Source: Paraspadella gotoi (taxonomy: Eukaryota > Animalia > Chaetognatha). Taken from it: 64,000 nt of DNA. The notes under the pieces were generated by a model, which did not search any database, had not been told where the DNA came from, and saw only the letters and a program-made list of their open reading frames with translations. The position numbers and the translations under genes were made by a program. Each line of letters starts with the position of its first letter. The stretch's first letter is position 1. This document shows positions 12,531 through 27,971 of the stretch, one piece after another. The stretch spans positions 12,632,979 through 12,696,978 of the forward strand of contig CM119266.1 of NCBI GenBank assembly GCA_051294375.1, in the 5' to 3' direction.

Positions 12531-14139
12531 GATAATTGATTACTCCGCGCTTCCTGTTCGCTATTATGGGCCTTAAAAAATTCATCGCCTCTTTCTTCGA
12601 AATAAAATTTTATTGAGTCGTTGACTACAATAGAATGTCAACCAGTTTGTTGCCGTTAGCATCTAAGGCGGTGTTCTCTGCAGTTCTTTCTCGGCTTCTT
12701 TGTACAACCCTCAAGATCTCTCAACACCCCTTTTTTTCGCTATTTAGTTCGCCTCCACCCTCAAAACTAATAGTTTCTCTTCATCACTACATCATCTCTC
12801 TCTTCTCGTCGGGGTCTGCCGCTCTCTCTCCTCTCTCTCTCTCTCTCTTTTCTCTCTCTCTCTGCCTGTCTCTCTCTCTCTGCTGTTCTCTCTTTTCTCT
12901 CTCTTCTCTCTCGTATCATTAATCCCGGGATGGTTCCCTTCTCACCTTTTTCAGTTCTCGTCTTCGCCAAAATATTCCACCTTTTAAAATTTATTCTAAT
13001 TCCCCTTTTCTCCATGCCTGGTTGATAATGTTTTTTCCAATGGACAATGTCCATGTCCAAGGTTAGCCCTTTAAAGTCGGACGCGATATGGAGGGACCGC
13101 GTGGTCAGGTAATAGTTATTTAATTATACTTTTCGGGGCGTTTAGCTTTTCAGAGTTCTAATCTCTGATTTTAACGAAATCATTTTAAGTGGTGCCAGCT
13201 ATATATACACTCTCTAGAGAGAACTTAATGTCGATTCTCACATCATTTTTTTTATGGCCAACTTAAAAAGAAGAAGGAAAAAAAATACAAGTTTCGTGGC
13301 AATAATCAAACGTACTGGAATAACAAACAACTCGAGTTTAACTTGCTGCAACAGCCGCTCCTCATCACGCTCCCCACTCTTCCTGATTCGCTCAAAAACC
13401 AAATCCCGTCTTTTTCTCAGAAATTGCCTTTTCCGCGCCGAGAGAGAGAGAACCTAGTGCGCGCGCTCCCAGCGGGATTTTTGCCATTTCATCGGCCGCA
13501 AGGAACAGCAGAGAGCAACGATGCGAACAAAAGCGACCTGTTGCTGCCATCTTTCGGGCGACGGAGAAAAACCGAAACCGCGGATGGCGACTTGGGCTCT
13601 CTTCGATGGACATATGAGCAGCGGAAAAAAATTGCCAGCAGTTGCGCGAGGAACAAGTCTTAATGTAAAACACAAGTGACGAGACGCGAAAAGGATGAGC
13701 ACCTTCTCGCTTATCTCGCGTGGACAAAGAATCAGTTACCTTTTTTATTCTCGCAAAAACTAACTGCACTGCACGCTTGGATATAATTCGAATGGTTTGG
13801 CGGCGTTCTACTGGCAAGGGCCGGGCGGATTCATCATGACAAGACGAACGAGGGTTTAAAAATAAGTCCCGACGACTCTCCGATTTTTTGATCCGATTAT
13901 CCCGAGATTGAACTTACCTTTGTTTCCGATGTTAAAGTGAGCAAGATTAGGGATAAAGGTCGGAAAGGAAGAAAAAATGAAGCGTTAAATCGTTTTTTTA
14001 CGACAATAACTACTTATTAGGCCTAGATTATATTTTAATCAACTTTAAAATTCTAGTACACTTTGGATTTACGTAAGTAGTTTTTAATTTGCTCTTTATC
14101 CCAAAAAGGAAGTTTTTCACGCTATTCAAATTTAAAAAC

Positions 14140-15314
14140 CTGATAATTTTGACGCGCTGCCTTCCAAGATGCTCGTTTTGGTGACGCTGTCCGTTGGAAT
14201 AGCCGTTCATCTGCAGTTGCCCGTCGCCGTGAATGCGCGAAGTGTGCCGCGGTCCCTTATCTCTGCGCCCGTCGCCGTTGGCGCTGCTGTGCGGCGAGTG
14301 CAGAACTGTGGCCTGGAAAAAAAAATCAGATTGGATAGGAAACATATATTTAGCGACTCGCGCAAAACGTCATTTCGTTATATTAGTTTTAACTTCACAT
14401 GTAATCATAATAAAAATAAATAAATCGTTTGTTTTGAACTAAAAATATTACATTTATAAGAATTTTCAATAAATAATAGCCGAAAATGACAGGAAAACTT
14501 GTTTGAAACTTTCGTCTAAACTCTTTCCATAACAAAAAAAGCCGCAATTTAATTTTGACCAAGGACGGAAAGATCACTACCGGGTATGTGGCAAGAGACG
14601 TGGTTGGGCCTCGTCTTGGATGATTGGGGTGAGTGGGTTAGGCAGCATCTTCCGGGTTTGATGCAAGACGCCTACGCAGAAAAAATATGTAGATAAAAAT
14701 TGGATTTGCTTTCCAAATATTTTTTTTTCACAACTCAAATTTACATCAAATAACTCAATAAAAACTAAACGACGTCGAAAAAGAGTTATATTTTCATAAA
14801 TATCGGTCAGGGAAGGGATGAAAAGGTCGCCAGCCAAGCTGCTTGCCGAAGTGCATCTTCGTCTTATAATTTAAGAACGTATAACAGTATTATTACCCAA
14901 AATATATTTTTACTAAACGTACTTTTTGACTCTCTTGTGCGTTCTTTACTAAATCTAAATCTTCCTGAATACGATGAACTCGCCTTTGATTAGGAACGAA
15001 TCCGTGAGGGCGTAGGCGAGGGATTCCATTGTACCTGCGGTGAAGCGGCCCGTCCGCGGCTCCTCCCACGAAGCCGACGCCTGATGATGAATTTTGGATA
15101 TTACCTCTTTATACTTCTTTAATCGTGAAATAAGATCTTTTTGAACCCTGATTTCCTACCAGCATTTACAAAAAAAAACCACAACAAAACGACTAAACGA
15201 AAATGGCCGAAAGGGGCCTTACTTGGGGCGGCGCCACGACGGCGCTCATGTCCATAGGGACGTTGGCGCTTTGGGCGTGGTATGGGCGGAACCCGTCGCC
15301 GGGTTGGAATGATT
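14140..15314 (-). CDS. Gene D fragment: chain of small exons (about 15314-15223, 15081-15035, 14671-14581, 14312-14140); further copies at about 25.0-26.2 kb and 45194-46326
   Basis: Canonical minus-strand sites (TTTTCCTAG|, |GTAAGG, CTGTAG|, |GTAAGT, TTTTTCCAG|) with phase-1 joins. Cross-copy consensus is approximately ESFQPGDGFRPYHAQSANVPMDMSAVVAPPQ|GVGFVGGAADGPLPA|GVLHQPGMLPTLTPIIQMQAQPVLATN|GHSSALAAQQRQRRRAQ...QLQMNGFNGQRHQNG. Each copy carries frameshifting indels. Confidence 0.55.
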
Positions 15315-16371
15315 CTAGGAAAATTAGGACAGTGGCATGATAATGATGATATTGAAGATAAAAGTGATTTATGCCATGATTTTTGTAGTCACCTTAGACA
15401 AACCAAATGATTCCAAAAAAATTGATTGGGGCCAAGAATACAATTAAATTCACATTTAATATCTCTCCTTAATTTTTATGACGTCTGAAAAAATCTTGAA
15501 AAATATTGAAATTTCAACAGGTAAAAACTTTTATTTCTCTACTATTAAGCAGAAAAATGAAATGGTTTCGTCTATCTGTCGTCTCTGCGGTCTGGTTATA
15601 TATTTTTTTCTGTCGTACTTCTTATTTTTTCAGGCATAATCATTTAAAAGTACTATATTCAGGGACAAATCCAAAAAATATTTTTACAAAGTCTAAGTAT
15701 GAGCAAAGAAAACAGAACCACACTAAATAAGGAAGTAAAAAATAATAACTATAACGGACGACGACGACGACGACGACTGACGACGACGACGACGACGACG
15801 ACGGACGACGACGACGACGACGACGCAACGAAGCAAAGGCGAATTACGTAGAGGAGGTAGATATCGGCCTTTCAAGAGAAACGACACATACGATTGCGGC
15901 ATAAGGCGTGGCCGGCGGCGGCGGCTGTGCGAGATGGCTCGCGGCCCATAAGGGTAGAGACAGGGCGCGGATGGACGAGCGATTAATTGCGTCTCGGTCG
16001 CTCTGGTGCGAAAATAAATCTTGCGGCTTGCTTCCGGTTCGTGGATATCTTTTTTTTTTTACATAAGCACGCTTTCTATCTAAGTTGCTTCCCTATTTCC
16101 GTGAACAATCCTGGATACGTTGGTCTTAACGGTTCTTGTTAAAATGCCTTCAAATTACAAACCAGCAACGCGAAACGAGCATCCAGCCAGTCAGAGATAG
16201 AGATACAATTACAGAGCAATACGACTAAATGGGCAAATTTCAGAAAAGAAGAAAAAAAACAAATTACAAAGTAATTATCTTTTTAACTTTGGCAGATATC
16301 GAACTTTAAACGAGACCACTATTCCTCTCCATTTCTCTCTCTTGTCTGCTTCTCTCTCTCTCTCTCTCAAT

Positions 16372-16405
<34 letters not shown>

Positions 16406-16409
16406 TCTA

Positions 16410-16467
<58 letters not shown>

Positions 16468-16835
16468 CCGTAACATAAGAAAACGCGGGGAGTTAGATGC
16501 CAAAAGCAAGGTCAACGTCGATGTTCTTAAAGATACTATCTTCACTTCCTCTCCTCTTTTTTTTTTTTTTTTTTTGTTCTTTCCTTTAAATTTCCGCGCG
16601 GTTTTTTTAAAACGTTTTATTTTCATTTTATTTTTAAAAGCGCTTCGTTGCTTGTCCAATTTATTAAATTTTTTTTCAAGAGTTCAAAAAAAAAAGAATC
16701 TTTACAAATACGAAAGCGGATATATTTTTTCGCCCTTTACGAAGTTTATTTCCCTGCCCTTATTTTTGGCTGTTTATGGCGGATGATAAAGCCTTAGAAT
16801 ATGTAACAAGNNNNNNNNNNNNNNNNNNNNNNNNN

Positions 16836-16867
16836 GTACGCGTGCTTCGAAAGTTTCACCCTTCCTT

Positions 16868-16936
<69 letters not shown>

Positions 16937-16955
16937 TCTCTCTCTCTCTCTCGCT

Positions 16956-17004
<49 letters not shown>

Positions 17005-17425
17005 CCCGCCCAATATTTTTTACTTCTCCATCGTCAAAAAAAAAAGAAATTTTTACTGTTGATAGTTATTGTTATCCTGTTAATCATATCATAATAATCA
17101 AATGGAATGAGTTATTCCATCATTCGAATATGTACGTGTACAGAAATTGTTATAAATTAGCACTTTAATCACAATATCATGTCGTAAAAATAAAATAGAA
17201 AACTTAATGGGTAACGCCAAACAGAGTGTTTTTCTTTCCTCTCGCGGGGTTTCACGAACCCTCATTGTTACAGTAAACGAGTTTAGTTGCCTCAGCCGAC
17301 TCGAGAAGCGATGGAATGGGAAAAAGTTTTAGAGGCAACAACTCGGTCTCACTTCTTTTTTTTTTGGAGGGGGGGTTCAGCACTGGGGTTCAAAGAAGGG
17401 TTGCTACCCATGTTGTTATCTTCGG

Positions 17426-17508
<83 letters not shown>

Positions 17509-19892
17509 GAGAGAAGAGAGAGAGAGGTAAACGAGTAAAGAAAAAGAACAAAATAAAAGAAAGAAAACGAAAAAAGAAAAGAATACAAAGATGAAAACCA
17601 ACAGAAAACAATAGACAAGAAAATATCCACAAAAAGTTATTCGTATTTGTCGCGACGTGGCCGAACGACAGACGGCGATCGAAAACAATATCGCGCCATA
17701 AAAAACAAAAAAAAACCATAGTTGGACCATAGTATGAGCCCATAGTGGGATGATCAAGTGGCAAAATGAGTTTTGGAAAAAAAAAACTGTGTCCGAAATT
17801 CCCTGGAACCTCGACGCGGGGATTCTGAATTCTTTTTCGGCTACGAAGCGAAAAAAAAGTGCAGTAAACAAAGGTTCGCGTTTTCTCTCTTTTTGTTTTC
17901 ATGGGTAAGGTTTTTGCGGCGGTCTTTATATTCTGATCTTTTACTGAAAAAAGTTAAAAAAAGAAAACATGGAAAACGAAAATAGAAAGTCAAGAGCGAA
18001 GAGGGGGAAAAAAGGAAGAAAAAAAAGAAGAAATAATAGTAGAAGAGGAGAAAAGCGGGAGAAGGCCGGAGCGATGAATATCTCCAGATAAAAAAACCCT
18101 TTTTTTTCCCCTCGAAGACACGAAGACATGATGTCCTGGCTAAATTTCGTACGAAGTTGAGCTCTGAGGATCTCCTTCGAATATTCGGCTCGGAATTCAT
18201 GGAGCCGTGTTCATGATTCAAATGTATTAGACGATTAGTGCTAATGTGTTAAAATTCATCGTTACAATCTATTTAAGCGATCTGTGCTTATGGTTTAAAT
18301 ATATTACAATGTATTAATACGCTAACGTAATCTGAACGTACGATAGTGCTAATGTGTTAAAATTCTCCGATTACAAAAGTATTAACGCATTAGTGGCTAA
18401 TTGTGTTAAATTCGAGAATTATTCTACTGCTCGAAACAACCAACCCTCCCTCTAAAAATACTTCCAACTTCTTAAACGTCGAATGTTTTGCCCAACTTTC
18501 GCTCTGCTATGTTTACCTTTGGCCGTTGCCGCCCTCAGATCGTCACTACCCGCCCTATTTCCACTATTCTCACGCTCGAGCTTTATTTCGCTTTCTAAAC
18601 ACGCCCCCCCGTAACAGCCCTTCGGGCCCCTTTCTACGTCCTCTCGCGCTGGCTCTGATTTCCTTTTCACCCCCTCACCTTTCTCACCCCCCCAAACTCC
18701 GCTCAGACCGGCCCGTCTTGCTCTTTTTTTCCTTTCACTTATCCGACATATATTTGCCTGTCTTTTTTTTTTCTGCCTTCAGGGGGAGTTCGCCGTTTCC
18801 ATGAACGACCGCGCGGATAGGACAAGAACGTTTCGATTTTGGAGTCGCGTCGCTCTTCTTTGTTGTGTTTCTTGGTCAATATACGTAAGACGTAAAGGCC
18901 GCGTGACGCGACTTATCAAGGCGACCTGATACGCAAAAAAAAAGGCGAACAAGGTAAGTGGGCTGCCGGCTGGCGTGAATGGTTTGTGCAGTCTACGCGG
19001 AATGAGCTTATCGTTTGGGCTGTCGACAAGAATTATCCCGAAATCAGGGCGTCAATTTGAGACAAAATATATATCGGCTGTCATTAATTAAGAGAAAATA
19101 GAATTAAGTCGTAACACATCAGGGGGAGAAAGAAAATATATAAATAAAAAAATGTAATGGACGCGCCAGAGGGACAGAGAGGAAGGAAGGAGGGAAGGAA
19201 CGGAAGGAACGAAGGAACGAAGAACGAAAGAACGAAACGAAGAACGACGACGAACGAACGGAACGAACGAACGAAAAGTGACAATCCATAAAGTAGTTCG
19301 TCTGTCCTTATAAATATGATCTCGACAGGAGATTGCGAAGAGGTCGCCCTTGACTCTCGATGTGGCGCGCCGTTATCAGCAAACGGCGTGGAGGCTGCCG
19401 CTATCCGTTGGGCAATACCCGCAGCGGCGCCAACGACGCGGCCCCTCCGAACCGGTAGTGAGGCGCCGACGTCGAGTACGATGCCTATCACCCGGAGATG
19501 ATTTACTTGACGTCGTTGGCCTCCGCATTAGAGGAATGGATCTACTTCTCTGGCTCTTCTCTCTCTCTCATCTCTCCATCTCTCTCCTCTCTACTCGCTC
19601 TCTCTCTCTCTCTCTCTCTCCTCATCTCTCCTTCTCTCTCTTTCTCCCAATGGCGAATCGCCATTGGTTCGTTTTGAGAGAGTCCGGCTGGACGGAACGT
19701 CAATGAGAGGTCTTCGTATAAGAGGAGAGGCCATGATTGGTCAAATCTACGGAACGGTCAGAACCAATCGGCCGGCTTTCGCGGGTCTTTTTTTGCGTGC
19801 CGAGCAAGTCGAAATGAGATTAATCTGGGGAAGGGAAGGGAGAGGAAAGGAGAGGGAAATTGAGAGGCAAAGAAAAGTGAGAGAGAGAAGAC

Positions 19893-19926
<34 letters not shown>

Positions 19927-20361
19927 GAGAGAGAGAGAGAGAGTAGAAGAGAGAGAGCAGAGAGAGAGAGAGAGAGCCTGGCCGGCGGGAGAAAAAATGG
20001 AAGATCGACAACAAAATTGTTGGACGAGAACCCGAGGAAAACCGTTGGTGAAAAATGGGAGTCAGGAAAACTGAAAAGCTTCTTCTGGACTGGATAGTGT
20101 AGCTTTTTCTTCAGAAAGAATAAAAAGACTGTTTATTTATTTATTTATTTAAAAACGTATGAATTGATGGACTTGATCTTTTTAGTTATTCTTTAATTAG
20201 GATGACGTAAAATATATGTAGATACAATCGAAAATTGCCCAATTTTTTTTTAAATAAATTAAAAATACAAGATAAAAACAATTGAATCGGAAAAAAAACT
20301 GAAATGAACTTTATATTATGCCAGTTACGAAGGCCGAATGATTGGAAATCTGCAGAGAGAG

Positions 20362-20419
<58 letters not shown>

Positions 20420-22160
20420 CGAGAGAGAGATGAGAGAGATAGAGGACAGACAATGAGAGAATAGAGAGAATAAAAGGCGGAGAAAATGAGATGCGGAGTT
20501 CATTTCACTGGAAAAGACGCGGAGTCTTTCTCGGCTTCAATGGAGCAAAGTGGACTGGGGGATCAGAGAGGCAGGAAGAGCCCCACAAATGGCTCGGACA
20601 CATGTAATAAGTTTCCACAGTGGTTTAGCGGAAAGTTAAGTTATTTGTTCAACGGCGTGTTCAATAGATGCTCTGCGCACACTGAGCTAAATAAGAATGT
20701 TCTAAAAGAAATGCCAAGAAAGAATATCCTTAATGAAAAAGAGCGAAAATATTTGAAAGCCATCGATCTGTGTTGAGGTTTGGTACGTGGCTTTTCTTTT
20801 CTAAATAAATAGTTAATAGTAGCCGAGTCGTGACTGCGGAAAATGGTTTCGCTAAAAGAGTAAGGAGGGAAAAGGAGGAACAAGGAGAAAAAGGAAAGAA
20901 AAGAAAAAACGGGGAATTAAAGAGAAATAAAAGGGTCGTAAAATGAGGTGGCTGAGAGGTTGTGGTTGTGGAGGAAGCGAGGGTAGCAGGGTCGGGCAGC
21001 GAAGGAAAACATGGGTGGAAGGAAGAGAGAGAAAGAGATGAGAGAGGAGGATGCTTGGTAAGCTCGTGTATAGCAAAGAAAAGATATTAGATGAGAAAAG
21101 AAAAAGACAAAATAAAAAAAAAACTAGCTATGCTCCAATAGAAAAGAGAAAAAGAAAACTAGAGATTATGAACGCAGTAGAGACAAAGGTTATGGAAGGG
21201 TCTAAGGAAACAAAGAAAGAACCGGTCGAGGGTAAGGGCAGCGAAAGAGGAACGGAGGGGAGGAGTTCGGATTATAGCCCGAGAATCGCGATCGGAATTG
21301 CCTTTTTTTATTCGCCATAAAGGGTGAACGGCGGGCCCCGAAAAATGGCCCCCCTAAGCGTCGGTACAGGGATCATTACTTTAAGATAGCTAAAGAGGCA
21401 AAAGTATTGAGCACGCCAAGGAGAAAGAAGTGAGGATGGGAGAAGAGAGAGAGAACGAGAAGAGAATGAAGGGAGGACGAGAGAGAGAGAAGAGAAGAAG
21501 AGAATGAGAGGAGAGACGAGACGAGAGAGAGAGAGAGAGAGAGAGATTTACTCAATTAATTTACCGCGCACAATTGAAATGGATATGGGGCGGTGAAAGT
21601 CGATCAGACGTAGCACGTATCATAGGTATGATTGAAGCAACGGGAGCGCGATTGCTAGTCGGAGACGATTCCATCAAGAAAGGGATAAAAATAACTTCAA
21701 TATTCTTCTTCGCGGGTCCGAGGACGTCGTTTCAGGAATCCAAGGCCTATCCTCTTTTTCTTTCTCTTTATTTTTTAGGGAGATAATAATAGGAAGGCAA
21801 GCGAAAATTTTAATCAAATGTCGTCAGGCATTATTGACAGTTAATTTTTTAAAATATCTTTTTTCTCCGTTTAAGGTCTCACTTTCGATGTTGATTTGTT
21901 TTCTGTACGATTAAGGACGCCTTTGTTTTTCTTATCCTTTCTCTGCTTCGTTCAAACTTATATGTTCATTTGTTGGATTCCATCTTCACTCACGGTTTTG
22001 GCATAGCCCGCGCGGTAGAGGCGCATGTATTCTGTCTGGTTCTCACCGGCAATTTTTTTAATTTTTTTTTTTTTCGTTGTCGTCCATTTCTATTCCATCA
22101 CTATTTCTGTTTGTCATTCTTTGTAGATGAATCACTGCGAAAAGCCTTTTCGTTAGAGAG

Positions 22161-22227
<67 letters not shown>

Positions 22228-25200
22228 GAGATGAGAGAGAAGAGAGATGAAAGAAATTTATATGGATTAGAAATGTAAATTGAAGAAGCGTCCTCAGTTG
22301 TCAATGCGGTTCTTTTCTTTCTTGTTCGATTTGACTCTTATTCAATAAACTTATTTACGTCAATTGTATAATACTTTGTGAAGCTAAACTGGACATTAAA
22401 TACAAACTGGGAAAGACAGTTGTGAGAACTGCAAAGCTATTCTCTCTCTTTGCTCTGTCCTTCTTTCTCTCTTTTCTCTCTTTCTCCTCTCTCTCTCCTC
22501 TCTCTCTCTCTCTCTTCTTCTTCTTCTCTCTCTCTCTCTCTCTCTCTCTCTTTCACTCACAAGATCACGAATTACGACACCTTCTCGGCCGGCGTCTTCT
22601 GTCAGACGCTCGTGAATCAGCCCGCCCAGACGTACATCTGGTCCTTCCTGTTCTCCTCGACGAACGCAATGACGTCATAAGCCGTTAAACGGAAAGCATG
22701 AGCGTCGCCGAGGAAGAAAAACACTCACCGCGGGTCAAAAAAATTTTCCATTATCTCCGTTTTTCGAGAAGACTCGAGGAGGGTTCGTCCCGCTTTCTTC
22801 CCTCCTCCCCCGCATGGCCACCGCTCCGCCCTCCCCCCCTCCCCCATCCGGCCCCCTCCCTCCATTTCTCTTTGCTTCTTTTTTGAAAAAGAAAAAAAAT
22901 AGTGGCGTCTTTGACATTTGACATTCATTATGCAAAGTTTTAACGGGATGGAAATTTGGTTACTGGGCGGGGACTTCGCCTCTGTTTCCCCTTTTTTGAA
23001 AAAGCAAAACAAGACGTTGTGCTAAATAAACTCGAAACCGGGTAGGTCTTCATTCGTTGTGGATGGAAAAGTATTGATGATATCTTTCATATTCTAATTA
23101 AAATTGAAATTAACGTAACAGAATTTCTGAACAAGCTATCACCATAAAACATATGGATTGAGAAGTTTAAAAATATCATTTTTTATACGTTTTCGCTAAC
23201 TAAAATTTAATTTTAGTAACGCATAAACATTCTTCGGGTGAATAAAACTAGTATGTAAACTGAAACGAATCAGCTGACTACCTTACTTCTAGTCTTCTCC
23301 GACAATAAAGAAGTCAGACGCAAAATTCAAATTACCATTTCGCGGTGAGCTCGTCATCGTTGTCGTCGTCTCGTCGTCCGTCGTCGTGTCGTCTGCGCTC
23401 AACCCTAACGCCCGCGCCACAGAGAGACCCATTGAAATGATAATTGATTACTCCTGGCGCTTCCTGTTCGCTATTATGGGCCTTAAAAATTCATCGCCTC
23501 TTTCTTCGAAATTAAAATTTTATTGGAGTCGGTAAATAGAAATGTCAAGTTGTGCCGTTAGCACTTAGGCGGTGTTCTCTGGCTAGTCTCTTCATCGCTT
23601 CTTTGTACAACCTCAACGATCTTCTCAACACCACCTTTTTTTTCGAATATTTAGTCGCCTCCACCCTCAAAACTAATAGTCTTTCTACATTCATCACTCA
23701 ATCACATCTCTCTCTTCTCTGGGTCTGCCGCTCTCTCTCCTCTCTCTCTCTCTCGGCTCTTTCTCTCTCTCTCTCCTTCTCCTCTCTCTGCTGGTCTCTC
23801 TCTCTTCTCTCTCTCTCGTCTCGTATCATTAATCCCGGGATGGTTCCCTCTCACCTTTTTCAGTTTCTACGTCTTCGCCAAATATTCCACTTTTAAAATT
23901 ATTCCTAATTCCCCTTTTTTCTCCATTGCCTGGTTGATAAGGTTTTTCCAATGGACAATGTCCAATGTCCAAGGTTAGCCCTTTAAGTCGGACGCGATAT
24001 TGGAGGACCGCGTGTCGCGTAATAGATTTATTTATATTTCGGGCGTTAGCTTTTTCCAGAGTTCTAATCTCTGATTTAACGAAATCTATTTTAAGTGGTG
24101 CCAGCTATATATACACCTTTCTGGAGAAACTAATGTCATTCTCCACATCATTTGTCTTCTTATGGCCAACTATAAAGAAGGAAAGGAAAAAAAAAACAAG
24201 TATATGCGTAGGCAATACATCAAACCGACTGGATAACGACACACTCAGTTAATGCTGCAACAGCCGCTCCATCATACGCTTACTCTCCTCCTGATTGCTC
24301 AAAACCAAATCCCGTCTTTTCTCAGAAATGCCTTTCCGCGCGAGAGAAGAAACCTAGTGGCGCGCGCTCCCAGCGGATTTTTGCCATTTTCATCGGCCGC
24401 AAGGAACAGAAGAGAGCAACGAATGGCGAACAAAACCGACCTGTTGCTGCCATCTTTCGGGCGACGGAGAAAACCGAAACCGCGGATGGCGACTTGGGCT
24501 CTCTTTCGATTGGACATATGAGCAGACGGAAAAAAATTGCAGCTAGTTGCGCCGAGGAACAGTCTTAATGTAAAACACAGTGACAGAAGCGCGTAAAAGG
24601 ATGTAGCACCCTATCCGCTTATCTCGCGTGGACAAAGAATCAGTTTCCTTTTTTTTTCTCGCAAAACTAACTGACTGCACGCTTGGGATATAATTCAATG
24701 GTTTGGCGCGCGTTCTATGGCCAAGGGCCGGGCGGATTCTCCATGACAAGACGAACGAGGGTTAAAAATAAGTCCCGACGACTCTCCGATTTTTTGATCC
24801 GATTTATCCCGAGATTGAATTACCGTTGTTTCCGAGTTAAAGTGAGCAAGATTAGGAAAGGTCTGGTGAAAGGAAGAAAAAATGAAGCGTTAAAATCGTG
24901 GTTTTTTATACGAACAATAACTACTTATTAGGCTAAGATTATATTTTAATCAACTTTAAAATTTAGTACACTTTGGATTTACGTAAGTAGTTTTAATTTG
25001 CCTTTATCCCAAAAAGGAAGTTTTTCACGCTATTCAAATTTAAAAACCTGATAATTTTGACGCCGCCTTCTCAAGATGCGTCGTTTTTGGTGACGCTGTC
25101 CGTTGAAAGCCGTTCTCTGCAGTTGCCCGTCGCCGTGAATGCGCGAAGTTGCCGCGGCCCTTATCTCTGACGCCCGTCGCCGTTTGGCGCTAGCTGTTGG

Positions 25201-27282
25201 CGGCGAGTGCAGAAACTGTGGCCTGGGAAAAAAAAATCAGATGGATAGGAAACATATATTTCTACGAACTCGGCAAAACGTTCATTTCGTTATATTAGTT
25301 TTAACTTTCACATGTAATCATAATAAAAATAAATAATAATCGTTTGCTTTGAACTAAAAATTTACATTATTATTAAGAATTTTCAATAAATAATAGCACG
25401 ATAAATGACAGGATATAACTTGTTTGAAACTTTCGTCTAAACTCTTCCTAAACAAAAAAAGCCGCAATTTAAATTTGACCAAGACGGAAAAGACACTTAC
25501 CGTTGTGTGCGAAGACGGGTTGGGCCTGCATCTGGAGTATTGGGGTGAGGGTAGGCAGCATTTCCGGGTTTGATGCAAGACGCCTAGCAGATAAAAAATG
25601 TAGATAAAAAATTTGGATTTGCTTTCCAAATATTTTTTTTTTCACAACTCAAATTTACATCAAATAACTCAATAAAAACTAAAGACGTCGAAAAGAGTTA
25701 TTATTTTCATAAATATCGAGACTCAGGAAGGGACTGGAAAAGGTCGCAGCCAAGCTGCTTGCCGAAGTGCTCTTCGTCTTTAATTTTAGATTATAACAGT
25801 ATTATCTACCCAAAAATTTTTTACTAACGTACTTTTTTGACTCTCTTGTGCGTTCTTTACTAAATCTAAATCTTTCCTGAATACGATGAACTCGCCTTTG
25901 ATTAGGAACGAATCCGTGAGGGCGTAGGCGAGGGAATCCATTGTACCTGCGGGAAGCGGCTCCGTCCGCGGCTCCTCCCACGAAGCCGACGCCTGATATG
26001 ATTTTGGATTTAACCTCTTTATACTTCTTTAATCGTGAATATAAGACTTCTTTGACCCTGATTCCTACCAGCATTTACAAAAAAAAACCACAACAAAACG
26101 ACTAAACCGAAAATTGGCCGAAAGGGGCCTTACTTGGGGCCGGCGCCACGACGGCGCTCATGTCCATAGGGACGTTGGCGCTTTGGGCGTGGCATGGGCG
26201 AACCCGTCGCCGGGTTGGAATGATTCTAGGAAAATTAGGACAGTGGCATGATAATGATGATATTGAAGATAAAAGTGATTTATGCCATGATTTTTGTAGT
26301 CACCTTAGACAAACCAAATGATTCCAAAAAAATTGATTGGGGCCAAGAATACAATTAAATTCACATTTAATATCTCTCCTTAATTTTTATGACGTCTGAA
26401 AAAATCTTGAAAAATATTGAAATTTCAACAGGTAAAAACTTTTATTTCTCTACTATTAAGCAGAAAAATGAAATGGTTTCGTCTATCTGTCGTCTCTGCG
26501 GTCTGGTTATATATTTTTTTCTGTCGTACTTCTTATTTTTTCAGGCATAATCATTTAAAAGTACTATATTCAGGGACAAATCCAAAAAATATTTTTACAA
26601 AGTCTAAGTATGAGCAAAGAAAACAGAACCACACTAAATAAGGAAGTAAAAAATAATAACTATAACGGACGACGACGACGACGACGACTGACGACGACGA
26701 CGACGACGACGACGGACGACGACGACGACGACGACGCAACGAAGCAAAGGCGAATTACGTAGAGGAGGTAGATATCGGCCTTTCAAGAGAAACGACACAT
26801 ACGATTGCGGCATAAGGCGTGGCCGGCGGCGGCGGCTGTGCGAGATGGCTCGCGGCCCATAAGGGTAGAGACAGGGCGCGGATGGACGAGCGATTAATTG
26901 CGTCTCGGTCGCTCTGGTGCGAAAATAAATCTTGCGGCTTGCTTCCGGTTCGTGGATATCTTTTTTTTTTTACATAAGCACGCTTTCTATCTAAGTTGCT
27001 TCCCTATTTCCGTGAACAATCCTGGATACGTTGGTCTTAACGGTTCTTGTTAAAATGCCTTCAAATTACAAACCAGCAACGCGAAACGAGCATCCAGCCA
27101 GTCAGAGATAGAGATACAATTACAGAGCAATACGACTAAATGGGCAAATTTCAGAAAAGAAGAAAAAAAACAAATTACAAAGTAATTATCTTTTTAACTT
27201 TGGCAGATATCGAACTTTAAACGAGACCACTATTCCTCTCCATTTCTCTCTCTTGTCTGCTTCTCTCTCTCTCTCTCTCAAT

Positions 27283-27316
<34 letters not shown>

Positions 27317-27320
27317 TCTA

Positions 27321-27378
<58 letters not shown>

Positions 27379-27467
27379 CCGTAACATAAGAAAACGCGGG
27401 GAGTTAGATGCCAAAAGCAAGGTCAACGTCGATGTTCTTAAAGATACTATCTTCACTTCCTCTCCTC
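16836..27467 (+). repeat. Direct re-copy of about 5903-16556 (probable assembly duplicate)
   Basis: Same sequence order throughout; differences are mainly single-base indels. 26200-27467 appears identical to about 15290-16556. Starts at a 25-N gap. Confidence 0.9.
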
Positions 27468-27871
27468 AAAAAAAAAAGAAATTTTTACTGTTGATAGTTA
27501 TTGTTATCCTGTTAATCATATCATAATAATCAAATGGAATGAGTTATTCCATCATTCGAATATGTACGTGTACAGAAATTGTTATAAATTAGCACTTTAA
27601 TCACAATATCATGTCGTAAAATAAAATAGAAACTTAATGCGTAACGCCAAACAGAGTGTTTTTTTCTTTCCTCTCGCGGGGTTTTCACGAACCCTTACAT
27701 TGTTACAGTAAACGAGTTTAGTTCGCCTCAGCCGACTCGAGAAGCGGGATGATGATGGATGGGAAAAAGTTTCAAGGCCAACAACGTCGGTCTCCTTGCT
27801 TTTTTTTGGAGGGGGGGTTCAGCACTGGGGTTCAAAGAGAGGGTTGGCTACCCATGTTGTTATCTTCGGAC

Positions 27872-27971
<100 letters not shown>

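Noticed and set aside
16530-16557. Possible degraded adapter at the copy junction
   Set aside because: It corresponds to a noisy version of the genuine continuation at about 47345-47375.
24299-24517. RGFGF motif resembling RRM RNP1 on the minus strand
   Set aside because: No RNP2 or RRM-like context, and the frame is not stable across the three copies.
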